A stretch of 64,000 bases of DNA from Magallana gigas (lineage: Eukaryota), in NCBI RefSeq assembly GCF_963853765.1, contig NC_088856.1, positions 14,446,001 to 14,510,000 on the forward strand, read 5' to 3'. The notes under the pieces are model-generated. The model was not told the origin of the DNA and made no database searches. It worked only from the letters and a program-made list of their open reading frames with translations. Of this stretch, positions 28,501-41,200 are shown in pieces. Numbering within the stretch: position 1 is the stretch's first letter; the number at the start of each line of letters is the position of its first letter. Made by a program: the position numbers and the translations under genes.

Positions 28501-31500
28501 ATCAAGTTGGAGGCTTTTGTTTTTGTGAAATAATTAGTCGTTTTTTGGTTTGTTAAAGCTGGTTTTTGTAAGAAAGCTTTCTTTTCCAATATGATTGATA
28601 CTACATTATTAGAATAGGTTAGTATGTGGGAGGTCATAATTGTAGATAAACTTAGCGGTAAGGCAAGAGGTAGCAATTAGTTACACCTTTACCCAGTGTC
28701 TACCTATCATTAGGACTAGATATTCTAGTTTACTGCTTTACTAGCCTTCATTAAATAGAAAAATATTGATATGTTTGTATAGCCAAGACCTTACTTTCAG
28801 TATGCATTTAATTGTTTCATCAACTCAGTATATGCTCAAATTTGTGTATGCCCAATATATGCTATTATTATTATCTGAAATGAGAAAATTCATCTAAAAT
28901 TTTAAAATAACTTCACTTATTGAAATCAAAACTCAATCCGCAAAAGGTCAGTCCCTTACAAAGTTCCTAATCAGTGAAATCTGGGAACAGTGCTAATTGC
29001 TAGGTCCCTTTGATTTCTGCATGTTTCTAAAATTACATGCTGAAAAAAGAGGACAAATTACATGCAGAAAACAAAATTACCCCAGCATAACAAAGATACT
29101 GGCTCTTTGACACAGATTTGAAGTCACGTAGTTTAGTCATTATGTTATTGTCTGGGTCTGTCGGTGGGGCCCCAAGGCTGAGTTTGACCGTACAGATTGT
29201 GCAGCTGAGGGGACTGAATGTCAAGGTCGTCTCAGCTGTCTGGGAATGTAACCATCTTGGAACTTTAAGGCCGCCATATAAAAAAAGGTTTGGGAGATCC
29301 TGCAATATTATGAGGAGGGGATCTACAATATATACATCTTGTTAATGAATAAAATCAGTTACTGAAACTTCATCCTTGCTAGACCCTTTAAAGTTAACAT
29401 ATTTTTAGTTTTAGGAATTTTGAATTCTTTAACTGTGTGGTTTATATCTTGAAATTCTTCATATTATATATTCAGAAACAATTAAATTATAAGCTTAGAC
29501 TATGGGAGATTCGAGTTCATTGATTTGACATTTTACAATGAATTTTAAAAAGAAATGATAAATTGCTATTAATCCCCTCATGTTGAGTCAGATTTATATT
29601 TAACCAGGCCTACCACAGTCTGATCTTTAGAAAGTTCATACTTTTACAGAAATTAGAATCCTCAGAAAACCTAATTTTTATTCCCTTGAGGGGAAAAATA
29701 AATTCCATGGGCTCTAGAGAGGAAATTAAGATGCCTAAAAAGTGAAGTCATGGCAGATTGTCGCAAAGAATAAGTGACGATCCCCTACAATTTTCACCAT
29801 ATCTGGTGAAACAGTAATTTAATGTCAGATTTTGTCAATTATGATAATATTATAAAAGTGTTTTTTTTCATAGAGCTTCCCCCAAAATTAATGATTGCTT
29901 ATAAATTTCTTGCTAGCAACAGAGGTTAATGAACTGTAGCAGATTTCCACTGCACCAAGGTTTTGATACCAATACACCTTTTCTATAACACATCCCTGTT
30001 TTATGAACTTGGTTTATTTTGTAGGACTGGCAGAGCTGGGAACAATGTGTGATGCCAGAAGAAGTTGCTCCATCATCGAAGACAACGGAATCAGTGCTGC
30101 CTATACCATTGCTCATGAACTTGGACATGTGTAAGTTGGCCTGCATTGCTGTCTCCTCAACATTTCTTTTTTCACTGTTTGCACAGATTGTTCTAAAGAG
30201 AGTTGCCATGTGGCTGAATTGAGAGGACATCTTTTTGCCAAACTTTAGAACCTTAGCTAATCACCTGAATTTATCATTAATCAGACCACTTTGATATATA
30301 TGACTGAAAACTCCACAAAACTGTGTAAGACTGAACAAGAAAGAAGTTGAAAATAAAATGTGCTTTTGTTTAAAAAATCATATACAGATAATAAAAAAAA
30401 ACCCAAAAACCAAAACAATATTATGCCAATCAGTCAAACAGAAGGGCTGCACAGTTGTGCTAAATTGTGGACAGAGAGAGAACAGAAAAAACCCCAGGAT
30501 CTTAATTGTAAATAATGCATGCTATACATAACTTACAAGCGTAAAAAACATAACACATAAGATAGATGTGATTCATTATGGATTTTCTTTGTAACTTTTT
30601 TTTATTTCCTGTCAATTAATTAAGTGTGCTATTAGTGTCTTCATTGTGAGAGTGATTTTGACACATCATGCCTTAATGAAGTCTGAATAATTGTTATTCT
30701 GATACAGCCACTCCACAGAATAGAAGCCATCAATATCCTCCTGTTTATTTATACAACACCTTTGATATCTATAATTTATCGTATGAATATATTTTTCTTT
30801 CTATCCCTATCGAGATTTGATCTAAGTAAATGCTGACTGTGCATATTGATATGGTGGGTAGATGTTCATTGATAGAATACATAATTATGAATGGAGGTTG
30901 GGCATTGAATCGGCAGTGCACTCTTGATATGTATTCGTACTACTACTGTGTACTTCACTGTGACCTAAATATCATAGATGTGTGGTATCTTGGTGCACAG
31001 GTAAAAGATTGGTCATGTCTACTATAGGCCTGTGTGCTGTGTTGAAATAAAGGGTTATAGGGAGCTTCTTCTACCTGTTACAATTTCAACAGCAGGTCAT
31101 TTTGTTACACAGGTGTGAATAGGCTGACCTAATTCACCATTTCCTGTCCGTATGACAGCAGTTGACCTATGCATGTAACCAGTTTTGGGGGACCGCTTTT
31201 GAGGTCATTTAGACAAGTGGGCTTTTTTAAGTGGATGACACTGCCAGCATCGGCTAATATTAATGCATTGAACTTTCATCTTCTGAAATGTGTGGCTAAT
31301 AGACCAAATGGACTCGGTGTGATTCAGACTTCTCTCATACACACTGTGGTCCAGATTTAGGCGATACGTTAAAGGGATACCCAAGTTATCAGAGCAGTAG
31401 TTCCGGAACTCGAGGTCAAGTAATAGTCAAGGACCTGTACAATAGGTGTATGCACATTTCACCGTTCTTAGATTTCTCTTACACAAAGCTAACAGGGAAC

Positions 31501-34500
31501 CTCATCTAGTTCTTCAGGTACTTGAGAGTTCATTAAAGTAGCCACTAATATACTTAGGCATTGGTAAGAGAGGAGTTCGTAAATCAGGATTCTGTGCTGG
31601 CGAAATTGTAGAAGCTCTAATTGAAAAGTGCTTGTCTGTGTCTGCCTATATAAAGAAAGTGGCAGTGTTATCAAAGAAAACATTAGGTATTTTGTTGCAT
31701 TAAGTAATAAATTAGAGGCAGGAATTGAACCTTGGTGATTTAGGGTGAGGGGAGAAGGGTGCCTATTGCTGTTATAGTCAGGTTTAAAGTGTCTTCTTGT
31801 CTATTCAGAGACAGTCTGCAGTGTCTGTCGTTTAATCATTATCTTTCTTTTTTTTTTTTTTTTTTAGATCTAAAGATTCTATAAATGTTGGAAATGGTGT
31901 CTCTTGCTTATTTTTCTTATAAAACTGGAGAAAAAAATTGAAATAGCTAGGTTAAAGATGATAAAATGAGAAAAGAAACTGATCCCGGTTGCATAGAAAC
32001 TTAAAATAAAAATGTTGGTACCTAATGACTTTTTATGCCAAGTAAAATCTTTCATATTATCAAAGAATATTAAGGATGCTGTTTCGATAATGATTTTAAA
32101 ATTAATTTTACGGCAATTAATGCTGATAAGAAATGCTTGATTCCGTTTCAAATTCCCAGCACAACTTGTGTGATATGGAGCTTATCAGCATCTTAATGAT
32201 TTAAGGGACAAATAATTCAGATAGATTGCAAAATATTGCACAGAAACCTGCAGGGAGATCTCAAAGTAACTTCCTGTATCCAATCCAGAGGGATAATTGT
32301 GTCAAACCCGAATTAAAAGCTCCCAAGTAATCTCCAAGACTTATCATTAAAGGCACCGATAGAAACTCCGATAGATAGAAATGACAAAAATTACAGCAAT
32401 TTATGAAGAAGTGTTATTTGGTGTATAAAAACTTTATCATGATAGGGATTAAATTTAGAAGTCTGAATGGTTTTTATGAATCTAAAATAGACAGATTTTA
32501 TATTTTCATTTACTGCCAATTTCTTATTTCTTTTCGATTGCAGCTAGAGTAGACATTTAAGATTTGGGAAATAAAAATTCATTGCATATTATGTCAAAGC
32601 AATAAAGAGTTGAAGAGGTTTAAATTAATTTATGTTTGAAATCTTTAAATAAAAGAAATAAACTGTCTGGGTGTCCTCCAATGAGTAAGAGAGAAAATTG
32701 AATTGATTTTTAGTGCAGAAAGATTAAGTCAGGAATTCAAAAACGGGTTGCAGAATCCTTGCTATATTTGTTTTCTTACTAAGTTAAGTATTTTCTCTTC
32801 ATGTGAGCCCAAGTTCAACCTATGAAAGAGATTTTAATGGGTAATTGATAAACAGTTGTAGATTTAAGTTTGAAGCTCATTTCCTTCTGAAATGGTAATC
32901 TACAATGGATATGGAGAAGTTTGAAGAAGGGTAGAATCATGTCCGTTCATTAATTAACCCCCTCCCTCGACATCCACCTTGACTTGACTGTCTTTTGAGC
33001 ATTTGCATGTTAAATGGAGATTGGACAAAATGCTTCATCATAGAGTGTGGTATTGTTTGGCAATTAAATGACCAGAATTTCAATTAACTTTGCAGCTGTA
33101 ATTAAGATCCGCGAGGTGAGTGAGTACCTGTGTGAATGAAGTCAAAGATATGGCTGTCTGACTATGTGTTTGACAGGTTCAGGGGAATAGGAGCTGTTTT
33201 TACAACCCATCAACTTGTGAAGCCTCTCTGCTTTTTTATCTGAGCTAAAATCAGATCGTATCAAGAGATTTGAATGATTATTGCCAAATACTCACACAGT
33301 CATTGTTTGATGTCAAGTAGCAAACCGCCAGGGGGACCCTGACATTTTTAAAGTTATGAATATTGTTGTGTGTAAAAATATTCTTATTTTTTACGTGAGG
33401 TCACTCACTGACAATATCGGATGAGTACTTCAAAGAAAACAGCAGGTGCATGTATATATCATATCAGCATTCCCTATTGTGTTTCTGAAGTCTGTTTTGG
33501 GGGGTATGAATCTAGAAGTGCATGGTGGCATAGAAAGAAGTACATCTTGCTTGGGCTAAAGTGCAAATAAAAAGCATACATGTATACATAATAGCTCAAA
33601 CTTTGATCACGTCTTAGAGTACTAAAATAATAAAATTTCTTATATAAGTTTACACAGAAACAATAAATAATCCAAGATAATATCTCGGCCAAATTTTAGG
33701 CTTTTTATAGCTTATTTCTAATGATAGACATTTTGAGAGAGGGGGGGGGATAAGAATTTTTTACTTTTGAATGGATGCTGAGTAAACATATTCAGACTTT
33801 GTGAATAATTTTAAGGATCCAAAGGTGATGGAAAGATATACATTTATTGTCTTTTCTCCACCGTTCGTGTCCATTTCATAAAGTTACAAGTCAGAGGTCT
33901 CTTTCATTATGAAAGGGATGGCATTCCTCGACCATGTATCAGCTGCTAATTAATGGAAGCATGCATCTCAATGACACTGAATCTTTGACCTGTTACATCA
34001 GGGTCATGAACACTTTTCACACATGGAATGACTGGGGGTGTGGGAGGACTGCACTAATTGTGATTATAAAAAGTACATGTAACTTTTTCACAAAGAGAGG
34101 CCTGACATGCAAATCAGTCACATATTAACCTGCCTGTCTCCATATAACTTGAGTATAAATTTGAATTTTATTCAAATTAAATAGACCGTATGGCTATTGT
34201 ACTAATTTATCTAGAGGATTTAATGATCGAGATTTAATGATGTAGATGTATATAATTATGATGTACTTTCACTACAGGTTCAGCCTACCTCATGATGATG
34301 ACAAAAGTTGTAAGAAGTTTCTGAAAGGCCCTTTCACTGACCACATTATGTCCCCCTCTCTGGATCACAAAACGAGCCCCTGGACCTGGTCTCACTGCAG
34401 CTCTGAACTCATCACTCGCTTCATTGAGTAAGTACTGTCAGGCAGTGCAGGCCTTTACCATCAAAGCTAGTACCTCCAGTGCCTTAATTATCATTTAGTC

Positions 34501-35222
34501 CGGCAACTTTCATGAAAATAAAAATTAAAAGAAAATTTATTGCAAAGTTCATAAATAGTATGACAAATAAATATGCTGAAATTTTTAAATGTATTTACAT
34601 TTCTCTCTTCTGTTACAAAAGATACAATATATTTTAAAAGCTTTTTTTACAATTACATGTACAAAACTCCATACTACACTAAATATTTTTTTTCCTGTTA
34701 CAAAAAATACAATTTTCATAAAAAATATTTCAGTTACAAAAATTTTCACATGTCTTTTGTTGTTTCAAAAGTTATGATATTTTGACATGCTTTGTTGTAT
34801 GATGCAGTGCAGGTTCAGCGGAGTGTTTATTGGATCAGCCTGGCCGCAGGAGAGTGCGAGCAGAGAAGGGGGAGGCTGGAGAACTGTACAGGATTGACAA
34901 GCAGTGCGAACTGATGTTTGGACCAGACTTCAAGATTTGTCCCTACATGGTAATAATCGCCCAAGTCACTAGTCTAATAGACAGAGACTATTAAGACCTG
35001 TTATTTATCGATTAATTAAAGAATTTTGCATAATTAGTTGGAAAAAATCATAAAGAAACATGTATTGAAATATTTTTCTCTTGATTTCAATAGCAAGACT
35101 GTAAGCGACTGTGGTGTACAGATAGCAAGTCCAAATCCAAGTCCTGTCAAACTCTCCACATGCCCTGGGCAGATGGAACAATATGTGGAGCTCAAAAGGT
35201 TGGTCCCCTCCCTCTCCCCCCT

Positions 35223-35271
<49 letters not shown>

Positions 35272-38200
35272 TGGTTGCAATCACATGATCATACACATTG
35301 ATTCATTAGTTAAGTTCTCCTATCCTCCTTTCTTATAAAATAAAATAAGGCATACTAATTTTTGCACGGAGGCAGATGTGTTTAAAGTTCTTTTGAAGTG
35401 CATGGTGTTCTTTATAGTAAAAGTGTACTTTATAAGAAAAAAGTTAATTTTTTGCATACAAGTAAAGCACACCAAAAAAATTAATCTGCCTGTAAAACCT
35501 ACCATTACAAATGTTGGCAGCATGGACAAGATAACTGATTTGGGTGATATTTTTTTAAATTGTATATACATCATATTATCTGCAGTGAAGGAGGCACAAA
35601 GATGTGCTGAAAAGTGAAACCAGATTACTTTTATCAGAATTATGTGAAAAAAAATTAACACATGTTGTGGAAAAATAAACTGTTAAAGAAGTGGCTTTTT
35701 ATCAAACTTGAATTCAGTACGTAAAGAATACCAGCAAAACACTTTTAATTTGTTGTTCTGGTGTTCTGAAATTGAATTGCCGGAATTGTTGATACAGATA
35801 TTCAGGAGAACACAGGCTTTACAGAAGCGATTTTACAATTTGTATTCAAAAGTAGGCAACACTTAACAGTTACATTATTCTTCACAAATACAAATTTGCA
35901 CTTAGTATCAAGGCACTGGAAGTTGTCTGATTCTTGAAGATTTCATATGTAAAATTTTATCATCAAGTGGAACTTTAAAGAAAACTTATTTTTGCAGAGA
36001 AGTGCAGCCAGCACCCTTTTAATCATACAATTTAACAGGATCACTCGAGGAGCATTAATAGATTTATTTGCAGAAATAATTTACAGACGATTACTGGTTG
36101 GCAGTATTCCTGATAATCTATTAAAATTTCATAATCTCTAGAATTGCCCCGTATTTTATAGACAGAGGTTTTGTGAGTTTATGTTTCCTCAAAAATAAAA
36201 GTGAACAGTGTCTCAATTTAAGAAGGCCAAGCTTTCAACAAACAGTAAAGTTTCTGCAGGTAGTTGGTAGATTGTATGATTATGAATTTACAGTTCCCTC
36301 GTGTTTATTTCCCCTTGATTTTTGAGCATAGTTCAAATACCCCACACAGCAGCAACATCGAAGAATCTTTACTGTATAGGAAGGTTTTATTGCTTGTTGC
36401 TTCATCATTATTAAAAATCTGATCAGCAACAGCACTATCCTATTTTTTATGTCCTGGAGAGTTCTGAAAAAGGAGACAAATTTGTCATCAGGGGAGGTAA
36501 TTAAAAATTATCTTTTGAAAAAGTTCTTCAATAAATAACTGTGTTTCTAGTTTGAAACACTTGAGGGGAACAGATGTTTTTAAAAAAGGTGTTCCAGTGC
36601 TGCAGTTTGTTGTGTACATCATCTTAACAGATTCAAATCATCAGGAAGTTTTTCCTAAGCAGTATACAGTTATAAAGCTCATGACTTCAGTAATAAATTT
36701 TTATGAGCAAAACACTCTTCATTAAGATAAGGGGCCCTAATCTCGATAGTAACCTGCCTTTAATTGAGGTGTAGGAATCTCCAGGTGAGACAGGCCAGGG
36801 TGTTTTATGTTAAGTTGCAAATCGCCAGATTTTTCTGTGCAACCCCCTTTTTTATTTTACATCAGTATTCTATGAAAAACAAAACCTGTTCTGAAGGTGG
36901 GAAATGATTACTGACGTCAATAAAGAAAAAAATGTTAAGTCGGTGGAAGGGCGTAGGGAGGAAAAATGACCTTGATCTGATTAATTTGAGTCAAAAAGGT
37001 CATAGACAATCAAAAGTTGTATCAGTTGATTTATCATTTGCCCCTTGTTCTGGAAATTATTACTCATTTATATGAAATGAAAATCAGCTTTCCAAAAAGT
37101 TGCTTCAATGTGTTACAGATGTTTCCCAATAATCCTTCAGAAATGATACTTGTCTGATTGTGTTTTATAGTTTTGATTTTGATAATGAGCACATGGTTCC
37201 CAGACAGACTGCGCTGTAATGAGCAAATATAAAGTACAATATGATTAAGACCTTTAACAAGCTATCTCTATGAAGTACAATTTGAATTAGATATGTGTTT
37301 GAAGTCACAATTTTTTTGTAAAAGAGAAAGTACAATGTGAATTAGACATATAAGAAACTGTCTATATGAAGTCAAAATTTTTTGTACAGAAGAAAGTACA
37401 ACATATTAAACAAACTATCAGTATCTCTATGTAGTCACAATTTTGAATGAAGAAGAATTGATGTAAAATGTTTGATTTTTTGCAGTGGTGCCAACATGGA
37501 GAGTGTGTACCAAAGTCTATCCGTAAACCTGTGGATGGGAGCTGGGGAGGGTGGCAGATGTACGGGGACTGTTCCAGGACCTGTGGGGGAGGTGTTCGAA
37601 TGGCAATCCGCAAATGTAACAGTCCAGAGTAAGTAATTGTAACAGCCAAGAGTAAGTAAATGTAGTACCTAAGAGTGATTAATTGTAACAGCCCAGAGTA
37701 AGTAAATGTAACAACCCAGAGTAAGTAAATGTAACAATTCAGAGTAAGTTATTGTAACAGCCAAGAGTAAGTAAATGTAGTAGCTAAGAGTGGTTTATTG
37801 TAACAGCCCAGAGTAAGTAAATGTAACAACCCAGAGTAAGTAAATGTAACAATCCAGAGTAAGTAATTGTAACAGCCAAGAGTAAGTAAATGTAGTAGCT
37901 AAGAGTGATTTATTGTAACAGCCCAGAGTAAGTAAATGTAACAACCCAGAGTAAGTAAATGTAACAATCCAGAGTAAGTAATTGTAACAGCCAAGAGTAA
38001 GTAAATGTAGTAGCTAAGAGTGATTTATTGTAACAGCCCAGAGTAAGTAAATGTAACAACCCAGAGTAAGTAAATGTAACAATCCAGAGTAAGTAAATGT
38101 AACAGCCAAGAGTAAGTAAATGTAACAACTCAGAGTAAGTAAATGTAACAGCTAAGAATAAGGTAATGTAACAGCCCAGAGTAACTAAATGTAACAGCCC

Positions 38201-41200
38201 AAGGTAAGTAAATGTAACAACCAGGAGTAGGTAAGTGCAACAGCTTAGGGTTAGTCTTTAATATGCGAAGACTCACTCTTTGACAGCAGTTTTATACGAA
38301 GAAACAACAGAAATTTAAAATGAGTCAAAAAAAGCTTTATCAGAATTTCAGATCTGATTTTGCAAAACATAAATTTATTGAAGTACAAATATCCAAAGAC
38401 TCATCAACTCTTCAGCCTTAACTTGGTACCTTGATTCTTGAATAGTGTAGTGCACCAAATCAATGCATGCAATAAGTCACGTCGTGCAAGGTGTATACCT
38501 GCAGAGACGGATGAGCAATAGAGGTTGTAAAACTTGTAGGAGAGAAGTAAATGGAATATTTCGGTGCTGCATTTTCTTGTAATGTCTTGTACTTTTCAAT
38601 GTTCTGTCATTGCAGGCCAGCCAATGGAGGATTGTACTGTACCGGGCGCAGAACCAGATACAAATCCTGTAACAACAAGGTGAGGTCAGGTTATGGATCT
38701 CCAAAACTCTTTTTCTTGCCTTTTCCCAATAGATAAAATGCAAGTTTTATGTTGCTTTAATGACTTGGAAGTGCACAGGAGTCAACGACCTGACAACAAT
38801 AACTTGTTTGTTAATGATCTCCCATGATGCACTGCAACAAAACCTACAACCTCCCAGCAGGCTCTCTGTGAAGTTGACAATTATGTATAATGAGACAAGT
38901 AACAGAATTTAGGTAGAAGGAAGTTAGTTTTTAACCTCTCAAGATGAGGGATACATGATTGAATCTGCAACTAAGTATTTTGTAAGGGTTGCTCCCTAGT
39001 TGATTGTTATCTAATTAATCATAAGGTGATAACAAAGAGATGTGAATAAGCCAAACACCCTAGTTAACACAAAACAGGTGTTTATACCAAGAATAAAGCT
39101 ACTGTTTTGAGTGATAGAAGCAAATGAGGAGACTGTGTGAATAATGAAATCTGCCCACTAAGTCCAAGAGGTGAACAGGTTCAAAGTCGTTCATCTCTTC
39201 ACATAAATAAACATCAATTATTGTGGTCCCAGGAAGTTCCGCCATATTGGCAGGGTTTTTCCTTGTTTACGAGAGCGGGGATCCTTGGGAGTTGAATAAC
39301 CTGAGAAACAAGGCTTCATTTTTTATATTTTTTTTTTCAATTTTTTTTCTGTTCACAGGTCTTAATGTTTGTTAATATTATTTTATTGTTTATAGTCAGA
39401 TAAACAAGACTCTTGGATGTTGTTAAGACTTCAGTATTGCATGGCCTTGGTATTTTTGTTTAGTCGGTATATTTTATCTTTTGCAGCCGTGTGATCCAGG
39501 CACCAAAGATTTTCGCGAGATTCAGTGCTCGGTGTTTGACAACAACCTGAAGCTGCAAGGGCTCCCCTCCAACGTGCGCTGGGTCCCCAAGTATGCTGGA
39601 AGTACGTTAGATTCAAACATGCATTGTTGACATGAGCACTTTCCAATCTATACCTCACTCATAAATCTGATCAAAGTATACAATTAATAAAAATAAATGC
39701 TCATTATTTATTGTTAAGTGAGATTCTTCACTGCTAAAATGAAATGGTTTGAATATCTTTGACTCCTTCTAAAAGTGATCAAGATTGCTTATATAGTTGT
39801 GTATACATTTGTAATTCCATTTAAATATGTGGTATATGTATTTGTATACTATGTTGTTTATAGGCTATTTCTTTTTGAAAATTTTGCATATTGGCTATTC
39901 GTTTATGTTGTATATTGTCTATTTTCATTTGTAGTTCGTATAAAGGATGCCTGTAAACTGTACTGCCGAGCCTCCTCTAGCTCCGCCTACTACCTACTGA
40001 AAGACAAAGTCGTGGACGGAACTAAGTGCGGACCTGATACATTTGACATGTGTGTGAATGGCATCTGCCAGGTAAAAATAAGATCATCTGGGTAACCTTT
40101 ATTGATTAATATAGAGATTGTTCTATTGTAACCATCTTGAACATGTAATTTGCACTCAATTTCATATGCATGGTGCATCAAAAATGCACTGGAGGTAATA
40201 AAGATGATAAACTTGAGATGTGATTTACAGAAAGCTGGCTGTGATAACAAACTGGGTTCTGAGTTGGTGGTGGATCGATGTGGAATTTGTGGAGGAGACA
40301 ACTCCACATGTCGCATGGAGCGAGTTTACAACCGATTCAACCTTGTCAATTTAACTTATGGTGAGCTTCCTTCTCTCCTACCTCCAAAATTGTATGTTTT
40401 TCAGTAAACAATAAAAGGACAATAACATATTATTGTATTTCTCTTGTTGAAGGGTATTTTGTGAATCTGTTTTTATTCTCTATAGGGTACAACTATGTTC
40501 ATACCATTCCAAATGGAGCAAGAGACATTCTGATCAAGCAGCACGGAGTAGTATCAGGGCTGGATGAGGACGGCAATTATCTAGGTGCATTGATATAGGC
40601 GTTTCTGTAGATTTTATCAAGCAAAGACGAGCTCGAATGAACTCAAGATTTTTGAAAAATAGAGATGATAAGCTCCTCTGTTAATAGAGGTAGACAAAGA
40701 GTTCTGTATATTTTAGAGTTTTTTAATGTTTTATTTTTGAAAGAATTTGTCAATAAATATCTTTTTAATGATTCTTTTTAGCACTAAAGAATGAGAGTCA
40801 GTATTTCATTTTGAACGGGAACAAAACCATCAACGTGGCCAAAACCAGGATCCGGGTGGCAGGTGCTTGGATCGAGTACAGTGGCTCGGGCGCTCTGATG
40901 GAGACCATCAATGCCACTGGACCAATACAAGAAAGCATCTCACTGTGGGTGAGTGGCTCACTAGCCTAGACTTAATGCAGCCAGTTTAAGTCATGGGACC
41001 TGTTAAACCCCTTTTGGTCATTCCAATGGTTTTGCATTCTTTTGCAGCTGGAATTCTTTCTTGGTGCAACCTTTTTTGATACTGGTAATAAAAGAAATGA
41101 GTTATGTTCCTTTTTTGCTAAGAGACATTTTTCAACACAAATCTTTCTCTCCTGAGGGTAATCAAGTACCAATATTTTTATATTAGAAGCAAATGTTCAA

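Noticed and set aside
29033-29345. Overlapping short ORFs between catalytic exons as an alternative exon
   Set aside because: The flanking exons already join in frame (DTLG-LAELG), and these ORFs lack fitting splice sites.
34803-34818. Alternative acceptors TGCAG|TGCAG|GTTCAG
   Set aside because: Only the first AG (34807) keeps the frame; the others frameshift and have no supporting evidence.
35005-35301. ORFs with ERERER or SLSLSL runs
   Set aside because: Translations of the (CT)n microsatellite overlapping a real exon in another frame.
37910-38128. 72-aa minus-strand ORF ([10 protein letters not shown] repeats)
   Set aside because: A by-product of the minisatellite.
37612-38246. CRISPR-like array
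   Set aside because: Units are contiguous 23-mers with no unique spacers, in a eukaryotic intron with no cas genes; it is a minisatellite.
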